DNA of 64,000 nucleotides from Monocercomonoides exilis PA203 (taxonomy: Eukaryota > Protista > Preaxostyla), in contig LSRY02000056.1 in NCBI GenBank assembly GCA_001643675.2, forward strand, positions 62,001 to 126,000. Reading direction: 5' to 3'. The notes below the pieces were generated by a model. The model searched no databases and had not been told where the DNA came from. It saw nothing but the letters and a program-made list of their open reading frames with translations. The stretch's first letter is position 1. Each line of letters opens with the position of its first letter. This document shows positions 12,492 through 25,509 of this stretch, one piece after another. A program made the translations under genes and the position numbers.

Positions 12492-14030
12492 ATGATAATT
12501 TTGTGGTGCATCAATTGGGTCTTTTCAACATGCTTAAATGAAGTTATATTTGAGAACGAGAACGAAAATTCTATTTATTTACTTGTAACTGGATTGTATG
12601 TATTTTAAATTAAATTTTTAATTTGAGATTGTTTCTATAAAGTGGCAAAGAGACCGATAGCATCATCGATTTTATTAACACATATCCTTCTTTTAAAGAA
12701 ACGAAAATTAAATTCAATGTTGAAGTTTTAGATCACGACAATAGTGCGTCTTTTACAGCAAAAGACTGGAATCGTATAGCGAATAAGATTAACTCAAATT
12801 ATGATTCTTACAACGCTTTTGTAGTGCTTCATGGCTTGTCTTACTAACACATTAAAAAACAATAAGTTATTGATTCAATTATTTATTTTAGGTTTTTCAA
12901 CTGTTGAGTTTACAACTTCATATCTTTCTTATCATTTCGGACTTCACGAGAAAACAATTGTTGTAACCACTTCACAGGTACTCCCAAGTGAAACGTATTC
13001 GGATTTTGTATCAAATGTTTTTGGGGCATTGAAGCTTGCAAACGCAGAGCCAAAAGTTCCTGAAGTTTTGTTCTATGCAGACAACACAATTCATCGTGGA
13101 ACAAGATTCATTGGACTTGAATCAGCATCGATTTCTGCATTTTCGTCGCCCAATTTCCCAACGTTAGGAACCGTTGGTCATGATGTTGCATTAGATAAAT
13201 CAAAGTTTGAAAATTATGATTTAGATCTATTCATCGTTTTTTTTCCATCATATATTTTGCAATCACTAATCTTGTTGATTTTTGCAATTTAGGATCCTAA
13301 ATGGAAATACTCAAGCACCGGAAATTTCTGATGCCAAAGATCGGGTTTCGATGATCTTCTTTTATCCAGGAATGCAGTTATCTGTTGTAAAAGCGCTTCT
13401 TGATTCATCTGAAGGAGCCGTTTTGCTTGCATTTGGAATGGGAAACGGTCCATCTACAGATAAGCCTCTGTTAAACCTGCTTAAGGAAGTTACAGATGCA
13501 GGGAAAGTGGTAGTTGATTGCACGCAATGCTACAATGTTTGCTGAAAAAGATTATTACAGCAAAGAAAAGGAAAAAGAAAGTTAATGTTGATAGAAACGA
13601 ACTAATTTAGTGCTTTAATCCTTTTTTTCTTTTTTAAATAAATTTTTATTAAAAGGTTATTCCTCGTTTTCTTTTTACCATGTTGACATTCTTTTTCATG
13701 GTTGATTTTATCTGTTTGATGATTGGATATTTTTATTATGAAATATTTAAAAAAATTTCATGTTTTTGTATCTTTGAATATAAATTTTCTATTTAGGGCC
13801 GTGTTGATTTCTCTGTTTATGCGACTGGGGAAGTTATGCACGATGCTGGATGTATCGGTGGGTGCGATCTGACTCCAGCTGCTGCTTTTACAAAGCTCAC
13901 TTATCTTTTGAACAAGAAAGCAAAAGACCCAAGCATTGACGTGAAGAAAATGATGGGTGAACCAATTGTTGGTGAGCTCACGAAACTGCAAGAAGCTGAT
14001 CTCCAAGTGATGAGATTTAGGCGAAATTAA
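12492..14030 (+). CDS. Type I L-asparaginase-like protein with putative signal peptide; catalytic motifs degenerate
   Basis: Spliced reading MIILWCINWVFSTC..SIYLLVTGF|GKE..KDWNRIANKINSNYDSYNAFVVLHG|FST..VVTTSQ..HRGTRFIG..AFSSPNFPTLG..FYPGM..LLAFGMGNGP..VVDCTQCYN|GRVDFSVYATG..DLTPAAAFTKLTYLL follows the AnsA/type I asparaginase motif order end to end. Confidence 0.85.
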
Positions 14031-14375
14031 GGCTCGTTCAGAGACAAGTCATGAATAAATATGCTTCGATTTTGGCTTTATATGTTTTGCTTTTAAAAAT
14101 TAAATAAATTTATTTTGGATTCTGCTCAACACTTTCCAATCAATCAAAAGCAAAGAGAAATAGTTATTTTTTTTTCCTTTCTTTTCAGTCTTCAAGTGAA
14201 TCATTTCATTAATTTTCGTACTTCTGAGCTTAGTCGTATTTTTCTTTTCTGTTAAGTAGAATATTTTTCTTTCAATTGAAATAATAAAAAAATGCATTAT
14301 CTAACCTTAATTTGAATTATTTTGAAATTTGTCCCATGATTTGTGCAGTTGTTTTTGAAGCGACTGCTTTTTCGA

Positions 14376-16543
14376 ATGGCTTCTGACCAAACTGAAAAAA
14401 ATATGCTTAAAGATGATATTCAAATTCAACCAGAGGCTGTTATTACCAAGGATACCCTTCGTGGTTTGCTTTTGAGAAAAATTTTTTCTGATATTAATAA
14501 TTAAATTTCTGAACTTAATTTTATATTTTTTGCTTTAAAACTTTTTTTCTTGTTTCTGTTTGTTATTTTATGTTATTTATCATCGATTTTGTTTACAAGA
14601 TCTTATTAAAAAAGCAGTTGCTGCTGAAAAGATCAAACGGACAAACATAATCAAGAAAATTGAAAGCATGGTTACTGGTCTTGGCCTTCAAACATTGCTT
14701 GATCTTTTCGATCCAAAAACGCTCGAAATGATGGAACCTTTGCTTCGTGCTCCAGAAAAAAACGCTCAACGCCGAACATTTCATATTTTACAATATATCG
14801 TATTTCGTGGCGCAAAAGAAACAGATGATTTTGATATTAACCCATTTCAAATTAAATTTTCTAATTCGAGGCAGCTTTCCACTTTGGAGGATTTGATGAT
14901 AAAAGAAGATACTGATCCACTTGTACAGTTTCGGATCATTCTAATAAGATGTTTTTTGGCAAAACGGCAAACTCTTGATCCTTCTCAGATGTACTTTTTC
15001 GTAAGTGTGCTTTCGGATGCGCTTAGGCCTTGGGCTGAGCCAAATGTGGAAGGATTAAATTCTGAGTCCGATGGTGCAGCTCTGTTTATCCAATCATTAG
15101 AGGCACTTCAAGCTATTTTCACATATTACTGTTTGCATATTGTTTATTAACATTGAATCATTAAACTTCTTTTTTTGTTTATTCTTTTGTTATCTTTGCG
15201 TTTTTTTCTATTTTATTGGGCTCTATCAAATTATGATCCGTTCCACAGCTCCAGAATCAATTCGTGCAGTGAAGACTTACAAAACCCACATCATCATCAT
15301 GAAAATCCTCATTTCGCACAGGCCAAACCAGAACACAGCACTCCGGTCGGGTGTTCCGGAGACAGTTTCACCGACCAGCGTTGCTTCGTCTCTGACTCCG
15401 CTGTCAGATGTGTCGTCGAGTGGCGAAGAGACGAATGAAGGGCTCACACAGGCAGATGAGCAATCACTCACTCAGCAGACATCTCTGTCTCCTCTGCTAT
15501 CTCCGTCTGTCTCATCCGCCTCTGCCTCTGCTTCTGCCTCATCATCCAGTGATTCTTCGTCACTTAATAGCAATTCATCATCATCATCAACATCTTCTTC
15601 CTCCTCCTCCTCCTCCTCTTCTTCTTCTTCTTCAGCCAGCACCTCCGCCACCCTCACGCCTGATGTCTACAACATCCTCTTCAGCTTCCTCCGCCACATC
15701 AGCAGCTCTCCCTCTGTCTACAACGACCTCACCACCCAGTTCGACCTGATGGGCATCCTCGACGACTACTTCCCCAATTTGGGGCACTCTTCCGCCTGCT
15801 GCCCTTTCTCCTGCGGCAGACACGTCCTTCAGGCTGATCTCGTCCGCTCTCCTTCAAACTCTAACACGTCTATTTCTTCTTCTTCTTCCTCCTCCTCCTC
15901 CTCCTCTTCTTCTCAATCATCAAACACACGTCAAGGCATGTCATTGTTGTTACCTCCTTCCTCTGAGTTTATGAATGGGCAGTGGTCTCTTGCACAGCCA
16001 CTCTTCCGATACATCTTCATTCTTGTGTCGTCCTTCCAGTCAGCCATCACCTCTCTTTTGGCACACCCGTCGCTCCTCCGCAAGCTCTTTAGCTATCTCA
16101 CTCCCTGTTTGTGCACATGCACTCCCTTTGCCGAGCAGACAACGCATCGAAACTTTATGTTTTATCAGACAGGCGCCGGCAGCGACAAGCTGGTGACGCC
16201 CAACACAGTGCGGGGGAAGACGCTGTCGCTCCTTCTGACGATCTGCCACCAGCTGACTGTGGTGGATGCTCCTCTGCTGGTTGAGCAGGGCATCATCCCG
16301 ACCCTCCTCGACGCCATCTCTGACTCGCGCTTCAGCACCAATGCCACCACTGCGCTGCCCATCCGCACGCTGTTCAAGCTGATCAACGTCATCTCCTACA
16401 ACAGAAGCTCAAAGTCGATGGAGTTGTGGGAGCAGTTCTTCATGCAGCTCGAATGCGAAGGCGCTGACGACCTCTTTCTCGCGATGCACTTCCACACGTC
16501 GCAGCAGATCAAGAGCTTGGCGCTGGGCTTTGTGTTTCTTTAG
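14376..16543 (+). CDS. Hypothetical helical (ARM/HEAT-like) protein with Ser-rich inserts, multi-exon; 3' end uncertain
   Basis: ATG at 14376 (MASDQTEK...), long coding-like ORFs 14560-15150 and 15140-16543 with amphipathic Leu-rich helices (LLVEQGIIPTLLDAI). Confidence 0.55.
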
Positions 16544-18236
16544 GAGCAGAAGAGGAGCAGAGGATGAGAAATAGAAGAGGATATTGAAGATGATAAAGAT
16601 GAAGTTTTTTAATGAAGAGATATCTTGATAAAATAAAATAAAATGAATGAAGATGAAACAAATTAAAAAATTCAAGTAAAGTTTTGATTGAGAATTTGCA
16701 GTGATTGCTATGTGTTATTGAAACTATCATGTCAATGGTTGCACAGTAGCTTGCGTTTATATCTTATAATTATCTTTCCTCGCAATCTGTTTGCTGTTAT
16801 ACAAGTTGTTTGGTTGAGTAAGTGAATGAGTAAGTGAATGAGTGTGTGGGTGTGGATGTGTCTTTTGGCATTGCTCAGAGCAAAATTCCCGTGCCGAGTG
16901 AATACAGAGTCAATTGCCTTATTCTTCATTCTGTCAAAAGAGATTCCTTAGCAATTACAAATGATGACAGGAATGCAGATGTCAAACAGAAGATGGAGAA
17001 AGAATGAATGAGATTGTGAAAGAGCATGTCAAATTCACGTGATACATGTCAATGGCTGTGCTTGCAAGCACAGCGGTTGTATGGATTACACATCACCTTC
17101 ATTGAAAATTGTGCTATGAGAAATCGAGCAGCAGACGGAGATGCGGTTAGTTATAATGTAATTTTTAATGTCTATTTCCAGGAAAAAAAATAATAATTGT
17201 CTTTCTTTTCTGACTTATTTATTTTTTATTTTTATTTTTATTTCCGTTCAGTTTTGTTAAATGTTCTATTCGTTCGTCTTTCGTAAATATTTAAACAGAC
17301 TTTTCGTTTTCTTCTCTTTCCTTTCTGAACTTTTGGATCAACAATCAACTGTTCTTAATTTGCGATAGCACAAAATGAAAAATGCCATTTTTTTAAATAA
17401 AAAATAAAAAGTTTATCCTTTTTGCTTTTGACTTTTGGCAATCAAATTTATTTTTTCGAATCTGTTTGTTTATTTTGCGCTTTGGAGGAAGAGAAAAAGC
17501 ACGAAGCTTTTAAACAATTATTTTAAAATTAAAAGCTTGGCTGGGTTGCGTGTTATCAGTTTACTGTTTTTCTTTCAGTTAATTGTTTGTAACTCTTTTT
17601 TTCTGATTTGTCTGGTCTTTTTTAAATTCAGTATTCTTTTCATCTGCACTTCATACCCTCAATTTTTTATTCAACACTGATCTTTTTTCTGGAAGCACCT
17701 TTCTAATTATCTCAGTTTATGAGAATCTGTCACAGCTAATCTCTGATAAAACGGTTATAGAAAAATATTTATTTGTCATTTTTTGAATTGTAAATGTTTG
17801 TTGAGTTTTTGAATTTTCTTTGAATTATTGAAGAAATTCCATTCTTTTCTTCATCTTTTAAGTGTTGATAATTCAATAATCTTGGTGGAGTATATCGAAT
17901 TGAGATTTCTTCACATCTTTCCAAGTTTCAAACGTTGAACTAAATTGAAATACAATGCATAAACAATATAAAAAGCAGTAATTTGTTCAATGCTCGTCTT
18001 CGTCTTTTATTTTCTAAATATACACTTCATATTTTTTTTTTCTAAAAGATGTTTTTTCACAAAATTTTCGAATTTTGTGTGTGACAAGCCAATAATTTAT
18101 ATACCGATTGCAATTAAGGTAAAAATGAAAGTATTGGTTTTCATTTTCGGTAATTCATCACGAACATTTGATCAACAATTCCCTTTACAATAATATTTTG
18201 ATACGACAGAAAGATACTTTGCTGAAATTCTTGTCA

Positions 18237-21200
18237 ATGGAACTGGTACGCTAATTTTTATTGTAAATTTTTAGTTTCTCTGTTTATTTTTCATGCTTAT
18301 TTAAAGGGTACTTTTGATTCAGTTCCAGAGTTAACAGATGATCCGACATTTATGCAAGTTTGAACAGCTGTATTTTATGAATTTTTCAATATGAAGAATA
18401 TTTATTCTTAGACAATAAATGCTATAGTTTTGCTTGCAGATACAAAGTCATCCAGAATGAAAACTCTTGTCGGGCAAAGATACTGCTCGAGTATTCTGTA
18501 TCAACTACCAACATCAGATGTAGCGTTTTTTATCCCTCAACTTTGGTGTGCTTCAATAATTTTTTTTTATGTGTAAAAACTTTTCGTAAATATTAATTTT
18601 TATCTTGGTTTTTTGAAATTTATAGTAAATTGGCTATAACAAGATCTTCACCTTTCGTTGATTATCTTCTTCTTGAACTTGCATCGCGTTCATTATACCT
18701 TGGATTGATTATTAATCTTCTTCTAAGAAGCGAGGAAATTGAAGTAGCAATTTCCATTGTATGTTTTTTTTATTAGAAGATTTATAATTGACTCATCGTT
18801 TTGAAATGATAAAATTTTTGTTTTTTTAATAGCAATCACCGAGGCTGAAAGCAGGATTACTTCCTGTAATAAAGCCCGTACCGATTGATCATCTGTATTC
18901 TTCTACGACTTTAACAATGCAACCTCCTATGGCATTTCCTTCTCCTTCTCGTTCTCCTTCAGAAGCCTTAGTCACTCAAAATGCTGTTGCAGAAGAAGAT
19001 GCGAGCTGCACGAAAAAGCAGAAAGATGTAGAATTTAATGGAAAAAGCGATGAAGCTGAAAAGAACAATATGAATGAAATTATAAGCTCCACTGATAGCG
19101 GAAGCGGGATTGGATCAACAGCATCTCCTGATTTTCCAGCAAAGAACTCACCTGAAACAAGCAAAACAGAATGCTCATCACAACAATGCTCTTCTTCCTC
19201 TTCTCTTCCTTCTTCTTCTTCTTCAGCGTCTTCAGCATCTTCTCACTCTGAAGATTCTTCTGTTCAATCTTTATCAACTGATGTCAGACAAACATCAGAA
19301 CAATCTGAATCAACTTCTTCTTCTTCTTCAAATGGTCCTATTGTTCAAACGGTGAATGATTCAATGAATTCTTCCATGTCTTCAATGCCCACAACAACAA
19401 CAACAACTTCTTCTTCTTCTTCTTCTTCTTTCAGTTCATTTGCTTCTCTTCCACATTCACTTTCTCCTTCTCTTCATCCGACACCCCCTCCATTCGATCC
19501 ACGATCCACCCTCTGTCTTTCTCCCTCTCTCTCTCCCTCTCTCTCCTCTTCTCTTTCGCTGCCTTCTATTCCATTCGGTACTTCCATCTCTCCTTCTTCC
19601 TCTTTCTCCTCTGGCCTTTCTCCTTCTCTCTCTGCAATGTCCTTCTTCAGACACCCTCTCTTCGATGCCTCGCCACATTTCCTGTCAATCGCACAAGCTG
19701 CTTCCACACCTCAAATGGGATATTCTTCTTCTCATTCCTCTTCTTCTTCCTCTTCTTCTTCTTATCCCTCCCTTTCCATCACTCCAACTTATGCTTCTCT
19801 TTCAGCCACTGTCAATCTGTCCTTTCCATTTCAGCACTCCCTCAAATACAAAAAATACCTCAGAAACTGCAAAACTATCCGGCAGCACCATTTGTATGCT
19901 CTTTCTCAACAAGAATATCGCAATTATCCATATTCTCCTCTTCCATCCTCTCCTTATTCTTCATTATCCTCTTCTTCTTTCTCATCATCATCCTCTTCTT
20001 CTTCTTCTTCTTCAACAGTCTCCAAAAATGCTGTTCTGGTTGAGCTGTGTGAGAGTGCCACTATTCATGGCGAGCTCTTTTCACTGCAGACGGCCAGAGG
20101 AATTATGAAGCCCTTTTACGTCAGCAACAAAATGAGACGAAGAGAAAACGGCAAACTCGAAAGGGACAGAGAAGAAGAAGAGAAGCGCAAAAGAAATGTG
20201 AAAGAAGCGAAGAAAGCGAAGAAGCACCCAGCCGTCTCTTATTATGCCCCCGCACATGGTGAGTATCCATCCAGTCAGAAGTCTCCCTCTGCCAGCTCTG
20301 TTGCCTCGTCTGCCCTTTCCTCGCCTTCGTCCACGCCATCTCCTGTCCAGCTGCCCATCAGCATCAACACAACACTCCACTCTCCTGCTCAGTCTGCCAT
20401 CTCATCCACCCCGCCAAACCTGGCTGCAGCTACTGGGCTAGGCACATCCCCTTTTGCATCTTCTTCTCCTTCTCCTTCTCCTTCTTCCTCTTCCTCTTCT
20501 TCCCCTGCTCATTCTGCTCTTCCTTCTCCTTCATTTCCTTCTTCTCCTGCTGCTGCGTATTATCAGCAGGCTCTCATGTCACCCACTTCTCCTCCACCAT
20601 ATTTCCTCTTCAATCCAATCTCTTCTCCTTCACACACACTTTCTCCTTCTCTCCAGCCATCTCTTCTTCATTCATTGGGATCATCCTCTTCTTTGCTCTC
20701 TTCCTCTTCATCCTCTTCATCATCTTCTTCTTCATTGACATCTTCTTCTTCATCTACAACTTCTTCGTCTGTTATAACATCAGACACGTCTTCTCAGCTA
20801 TCCACCAATTCAATGCTTCCTCAAAGCACTTCTGCTTTTGTGCTTCCCCGCAACTTTCAAATAAACACCACAAAACTCGACTATTCGTCTACAGCGCATC
20901 TCGATCCAGCTACCTTCACCTCATCGCCTGGCCATCCAACACAGACACTGGCTGTGCCATCGTCCACTCTATCGCCCACTCTTCCCCCTTTCCCCACATC
21001 AGCAGCTGCAGCAGTCATGTCATCGATGGCACTTCCTCTGTCATACACACCTCCTCTTTCTTCTGCTTTGCCTTTATCTTCTTCTCCTGCTCAGACGCAG
21101 GCAATGCTTTCACTCACACCACAGTTCTATTCTTCTTATCCCTTCTCTTCCTGTTCCTCTCCTTCTCCTTCATCTCCATCGCCTTCTCCCTCTCCCTCTC

Positions 21201-24200
21201 TTTTGCCTGCCCTGCTGAGTCAAGTGCATCCCTTTGCCCATCTCCAGTCTCCTCTTCCTCCTCCTGTTGCTCTGTTGGATCCTCCTCCATTTGTGTGGAG
21301 TGACTGCAATGCGAACAGAACAAGTCAGATACTTCCATTCAGAACATGCGAAGTGGACAGCCAGAAGGAGAATGGGAAAGAAGATGAGGCAGATGGAGAA
21401 GGTATGAACAAAACACATCCTGTGGAAGAAAACAATGAAGAAGACAATAAAGAAGACGAGAAAAGGAATGAAAGTGTGAATGAAGATGAAAAAGAATGTG
21501 TTTCAAAAGAAGGAACAAGCAACCACACAAACAAGACAGAAAGTGAAGCAACCGCTTCAGATTGCACAGCAAATGCATCTCATTCACAGCCATCTGACCA
21601 GTCTGATTGTTGCCTCCCTGCTTCTTCATTGAATTCTGCCTCGCACACACCAACATTCCCATTCAGTCACATTTCAGAATCTCCTTCGCTTTCTCCTTCT
21701 TTGACTAAAAGCGACTCTTCTTTGAGTGTTTCTTCCCCTTTTTCTTTGAGTGACAGTCAAAATCAATTGAATATATCTTCTTCTTCTTCTTCTTCTTTTG
21801 GTTTGCCCAATGAATTTGTTGATGTGTTTGCCAAAGTGAATACAAGAGCCAATATTTTGGCGTTTTCCTTGTTCTTTTTTGATCAGATGAAGAAATTGAG
21901 CAGAAATGTGCGTATGTTCATGAAAATAACACAGGAACGGATTAAAAAGGGAAAAGAAAAGATTGTCAAAGAGGATGAGGAAGAGGAAGAGGAAGGGGCA
22001 GAAGAAGAAGAGGAAGATGAAGTTCTGTGTTATGACAGGGCAATTCTTGAAGCAAAAGAAAAAGCAGCTTTTGTGGCTGAGTCAATTGCAAAGGAAGAAG
22101 AGAACAAGAAAGAAGACATGAAAATTACTGAAAATGCAGAAGAGAAGCAGAACAATAAAGAAGACAAGAAAGATGAAGCAAAAAATGATGAAATTTCACA
22201 AAATGCAGAAGTCAAAGAAGCAATCAAAAGGGAGAAGATGACATCAACAGGAAATGAATTGTATCGAATTCTTGAGCAGCAATCCATTAGGAAGCAGAAG
22301 TATTTTGAGCTGAAATATCAGTTTGAAGAAGAGCTGAGGAAAGAGAAGAAGAAGATTGAAGAGGAAGAAGAGGAAGAAGAGAGATTGAGACAGATTGAGA
22401 GCGAAGAGAAAGTGAGAGCGAGAGAGAAAGAGAAAGAGAAAGAGAAAGGAAGTGAGAAGAGCAAGCAGATGAAGGAAGATGTGAAGAGGAAGGAGATTCG
22501 AGCAGAGAAAGACAAAAGAAGGAGAAGGGCAGCACGAATGGTGCATGCGATGAATCAGAATGTGTCATCAGTCATTTGGATGATGAAGATGAGCATCAGA
22601 AAGGAGCTGGAGGCAGAAGAGAGGAAGAGGAAGGAGAAGCACATGCAAAAGGAAAGAGAGAGAGAAAGAGAGAAAGAGAAAGAGATGGAAGAAGGAAATG
22701 AATACGAGGGTGTTGCAGCAAATAATCAGGAAAGTGGAGTTGGAGGAATTAGAAATAAGAACGATGAAGATTCCGTTTGTTCGATTTCTTCTTGTTCTTC
22801 TTCATCTCCTCCACCATTTTCATTAGCATTGTCATCATCTTCTTCATCTTCCTCTTCCTCTTCCTCTTCAACATCATCTCCAGCTGCATCTTCTGATTCT
22901 CTGTCATCTCCATCTAACACACCCACACCAACACCAACATTCATCCAATCACTTTCACAGACACAGTCGCATTCACATTCACCCATCTGTTCTCCACTTC
23001 CTTCCACTTCTCCTTCATCTTCATCTTCTTCCTCTCTGCTGCCTCTGCCTGTTTTATCCACCACCCCACCCCCTCTCTCTTCTCTTCTCTCCCTTTTTCC
23101 TCTTTCTCTCTCTCTTTCTCTCTCCATCCCCTCTCTCCCCCCGCCTCGCCTTCTGCTCCCCCTCCTCTCCTTCTCCAGCCCTCTGCCCTTTTTCATCTCT
23201 TTTGTGCCTGCCCTCACTCGAGTGATGAATTCGAGAGAAAGATCGCCTGTTTTAGTGGTGTTTGAGTGTGTCGATGCAGACGAAGAGGAGAATGCCCTGC
23301 GAATTGCAGAGGGTGTGGGGAAGAAGAGAAGCAGGAGGATTATCGAAGGAGTGAAGAGATGGAGGAAGGACAGGGTGAAAAGAGGGCTGGATGAGAATCA
23401 TGATGAATGTGCTGACACAAACGCAAGTGCAAAAGTGGAGGTGAATCAAGAAATGAAGGAAAAGGAGAAAAATGATGTTAAAAATGGTAATGTTATTAAT
23501 TCTGAACAAGATGCTAAGATAGAAAAGAATATACAAAAAGAAGATGCAAGTGAAGTGAACGAAGCGAAAGATAACAAAAACGATAGGGAAAAAAGCAATG
23601 ATCACAAAGGCGAAATAAAAGTTGATGAAGATGAGGATGAAGAGAAAGGTAAAATGGAGAGTGACGATAAAGCAAGTGATTCACCAATTGGTGACTGGTA
23701 TGGATTGCCTGATACGAATTATGTTCACAGCCAGCAATTAAGACATCACTCAGCTTATACAAAAATTTCATGCTCATCATCGTCTTCTTCTTCTTCTTCG
23801 ATTAGCAATATTAATTCAACAAACACAAAAGCAATCATTTCTGAAAATTCATCTGAACATGTTTCTGTTGAACCCCTCGACATCTTCTTTCCTCTTCCTC
23901 CGTCTTCCACACGCTACTCTGCCCTTTCGAAGCTTTCTCCCTTTTCTTCTCTTCCGTCGCATCGCTTCTCCTCGTTCATCATCAAAGAGCACGACGATGT
24001 GCGGCAGGATCAGCTGGTGGAGCAGCTGATGAGGGTGTTCAGCTTCATCTGGAAGGAGGAAGGGCTGTGCCTCAATCTGAAGACATTTGGCGTGGATGTG
24101 AATGGCAGCGACGGCGGATTCGTGCAGGTGGTGGAGGATGCTGTCTCTATCCACACGCTGAAGGAGAGGTGGATGGAGGTGGAAGAGGAGAAGAGGAAGC

Positions 24201-25509
24201 TGAGGGTGGAAGTGGCGGAGAGGGTGAGAAGGCAGCAGGAAATGGAAATGGCAAGAATGATGGAGAGCATGAAGATGAAGAAAGAAAATGAAAGCGGCAA
24301 AAAGATGGCAGATCAGATTGTCACTTCTGCCTCTTCGTTTGCTCCTCCTCAATTATCAGCTTCTTCTTCCTCTTCTTCCTCTTCTTCCTCTTCTTCCTCT
24401 TCTTCCTCTTTTTCTTCCTCTTCAAGCACTTTGTCTTCATCTTTACCTTTTAATGTGTCTCCCACTTTCCTTCTGTCCCTTCCTTCTGTTTGTTCTCTGC
24501 CAACTTTCTTTGCAGTGTGTTTTGGTCCCATCAACAAGCAGAGGTACAAAGAAGCCTTGTTTAATTACACCACTTCTTTGGCTGCATCATCACTCGCTTG
24601 CTATTTGCTGAGAATAAAAGACAGGTTTGTTTTCAACATTTGTGCAGTTAATGAGAGTAAGAAAAAGAACCTATTTGGGTTTATTTGAATGAATAAATAT
24701 ATTTAAATATTATTATTTATTTTTTTATTTATTTATTTATTTATTTATTTTCTTTTCTTTTGTCTTTTCATTTTCTGACAGACACAATGGCAACATAATG
24801 TTATCGCGGGATGGGCACATCATCCACATCGATTTTGGGTTTGTGTTTACTCGGTCGCCAGGCGGAATAAACTTTGAGACAGCTCCATTCAAACTGACAC
24901 AAGAGATGGCAGAGGTGATGATGATGACAGTGAGTGAAGGCGAAGAAAAGGCAGACGAGGAAGGAAACGAGATGAAAAGTGGCAATTCAGACAAAATGGT
25001 GAAAGAAGCAGAAAATGCAGCACGTAATCGGCAGGCGCATTCTCCTTCACGTTCTATAAGAGAAAACACAGAAAAAGTCAGCTTCAGCCGCTCGTCTCCG
25101 TTCTTCCGGCTGTTTGAGAGGCTGATGGTGGAAGGGTTCCTTTCACTGCGGAGGAAGAGGGCACTCCTCGTGGGGCTGGTGGAAGTGATGGCTAAATACT
25201 CTGCACTCCCTTGCTTCGACACAAAAGACGGCGGGAAAAGCGCAATTGGTTTGTTCATTAGCAAAGTTATTGTGTTCTTTCACTTATTTGACAATGTATT
25301 TTTATGTATTTTATTGTTTGTTTGTTTGTTTGTTTGCAATATTCCACTTTGTAACTGTTTTAGATGAGTTTAACAAGCGTTTTGTTCCGCAAATGAATGA
25401 CGAGCAAGCAAAACTGCATGTTTTGGGTCTTATCAACAAATCATTCGATTCATGGACAACTGCTCAGTACGACAAGTTTCAATGGTACTCAAACAGAATA
25501 ATTCCATAG
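18237..25509 (+). CDS. PI4KB: Phosphatidylinositol 4-kinase type III beta (Pik1-like), multi-exon, with huge low-complexity inserts
   Basis: Helical-domain VAFFIPQL; kinase motifs [41 protein letters not shown]|[25 protein letters not shown], and terminal [20 protein letters not shown]. Confidence 0.92.

Noticed and set aside
18125-18245. Read-through of TAA at 18191-18193 as the PI4K start
   Set aside because: ATG at 18237 splices in phase to the next exon without needing read-through.
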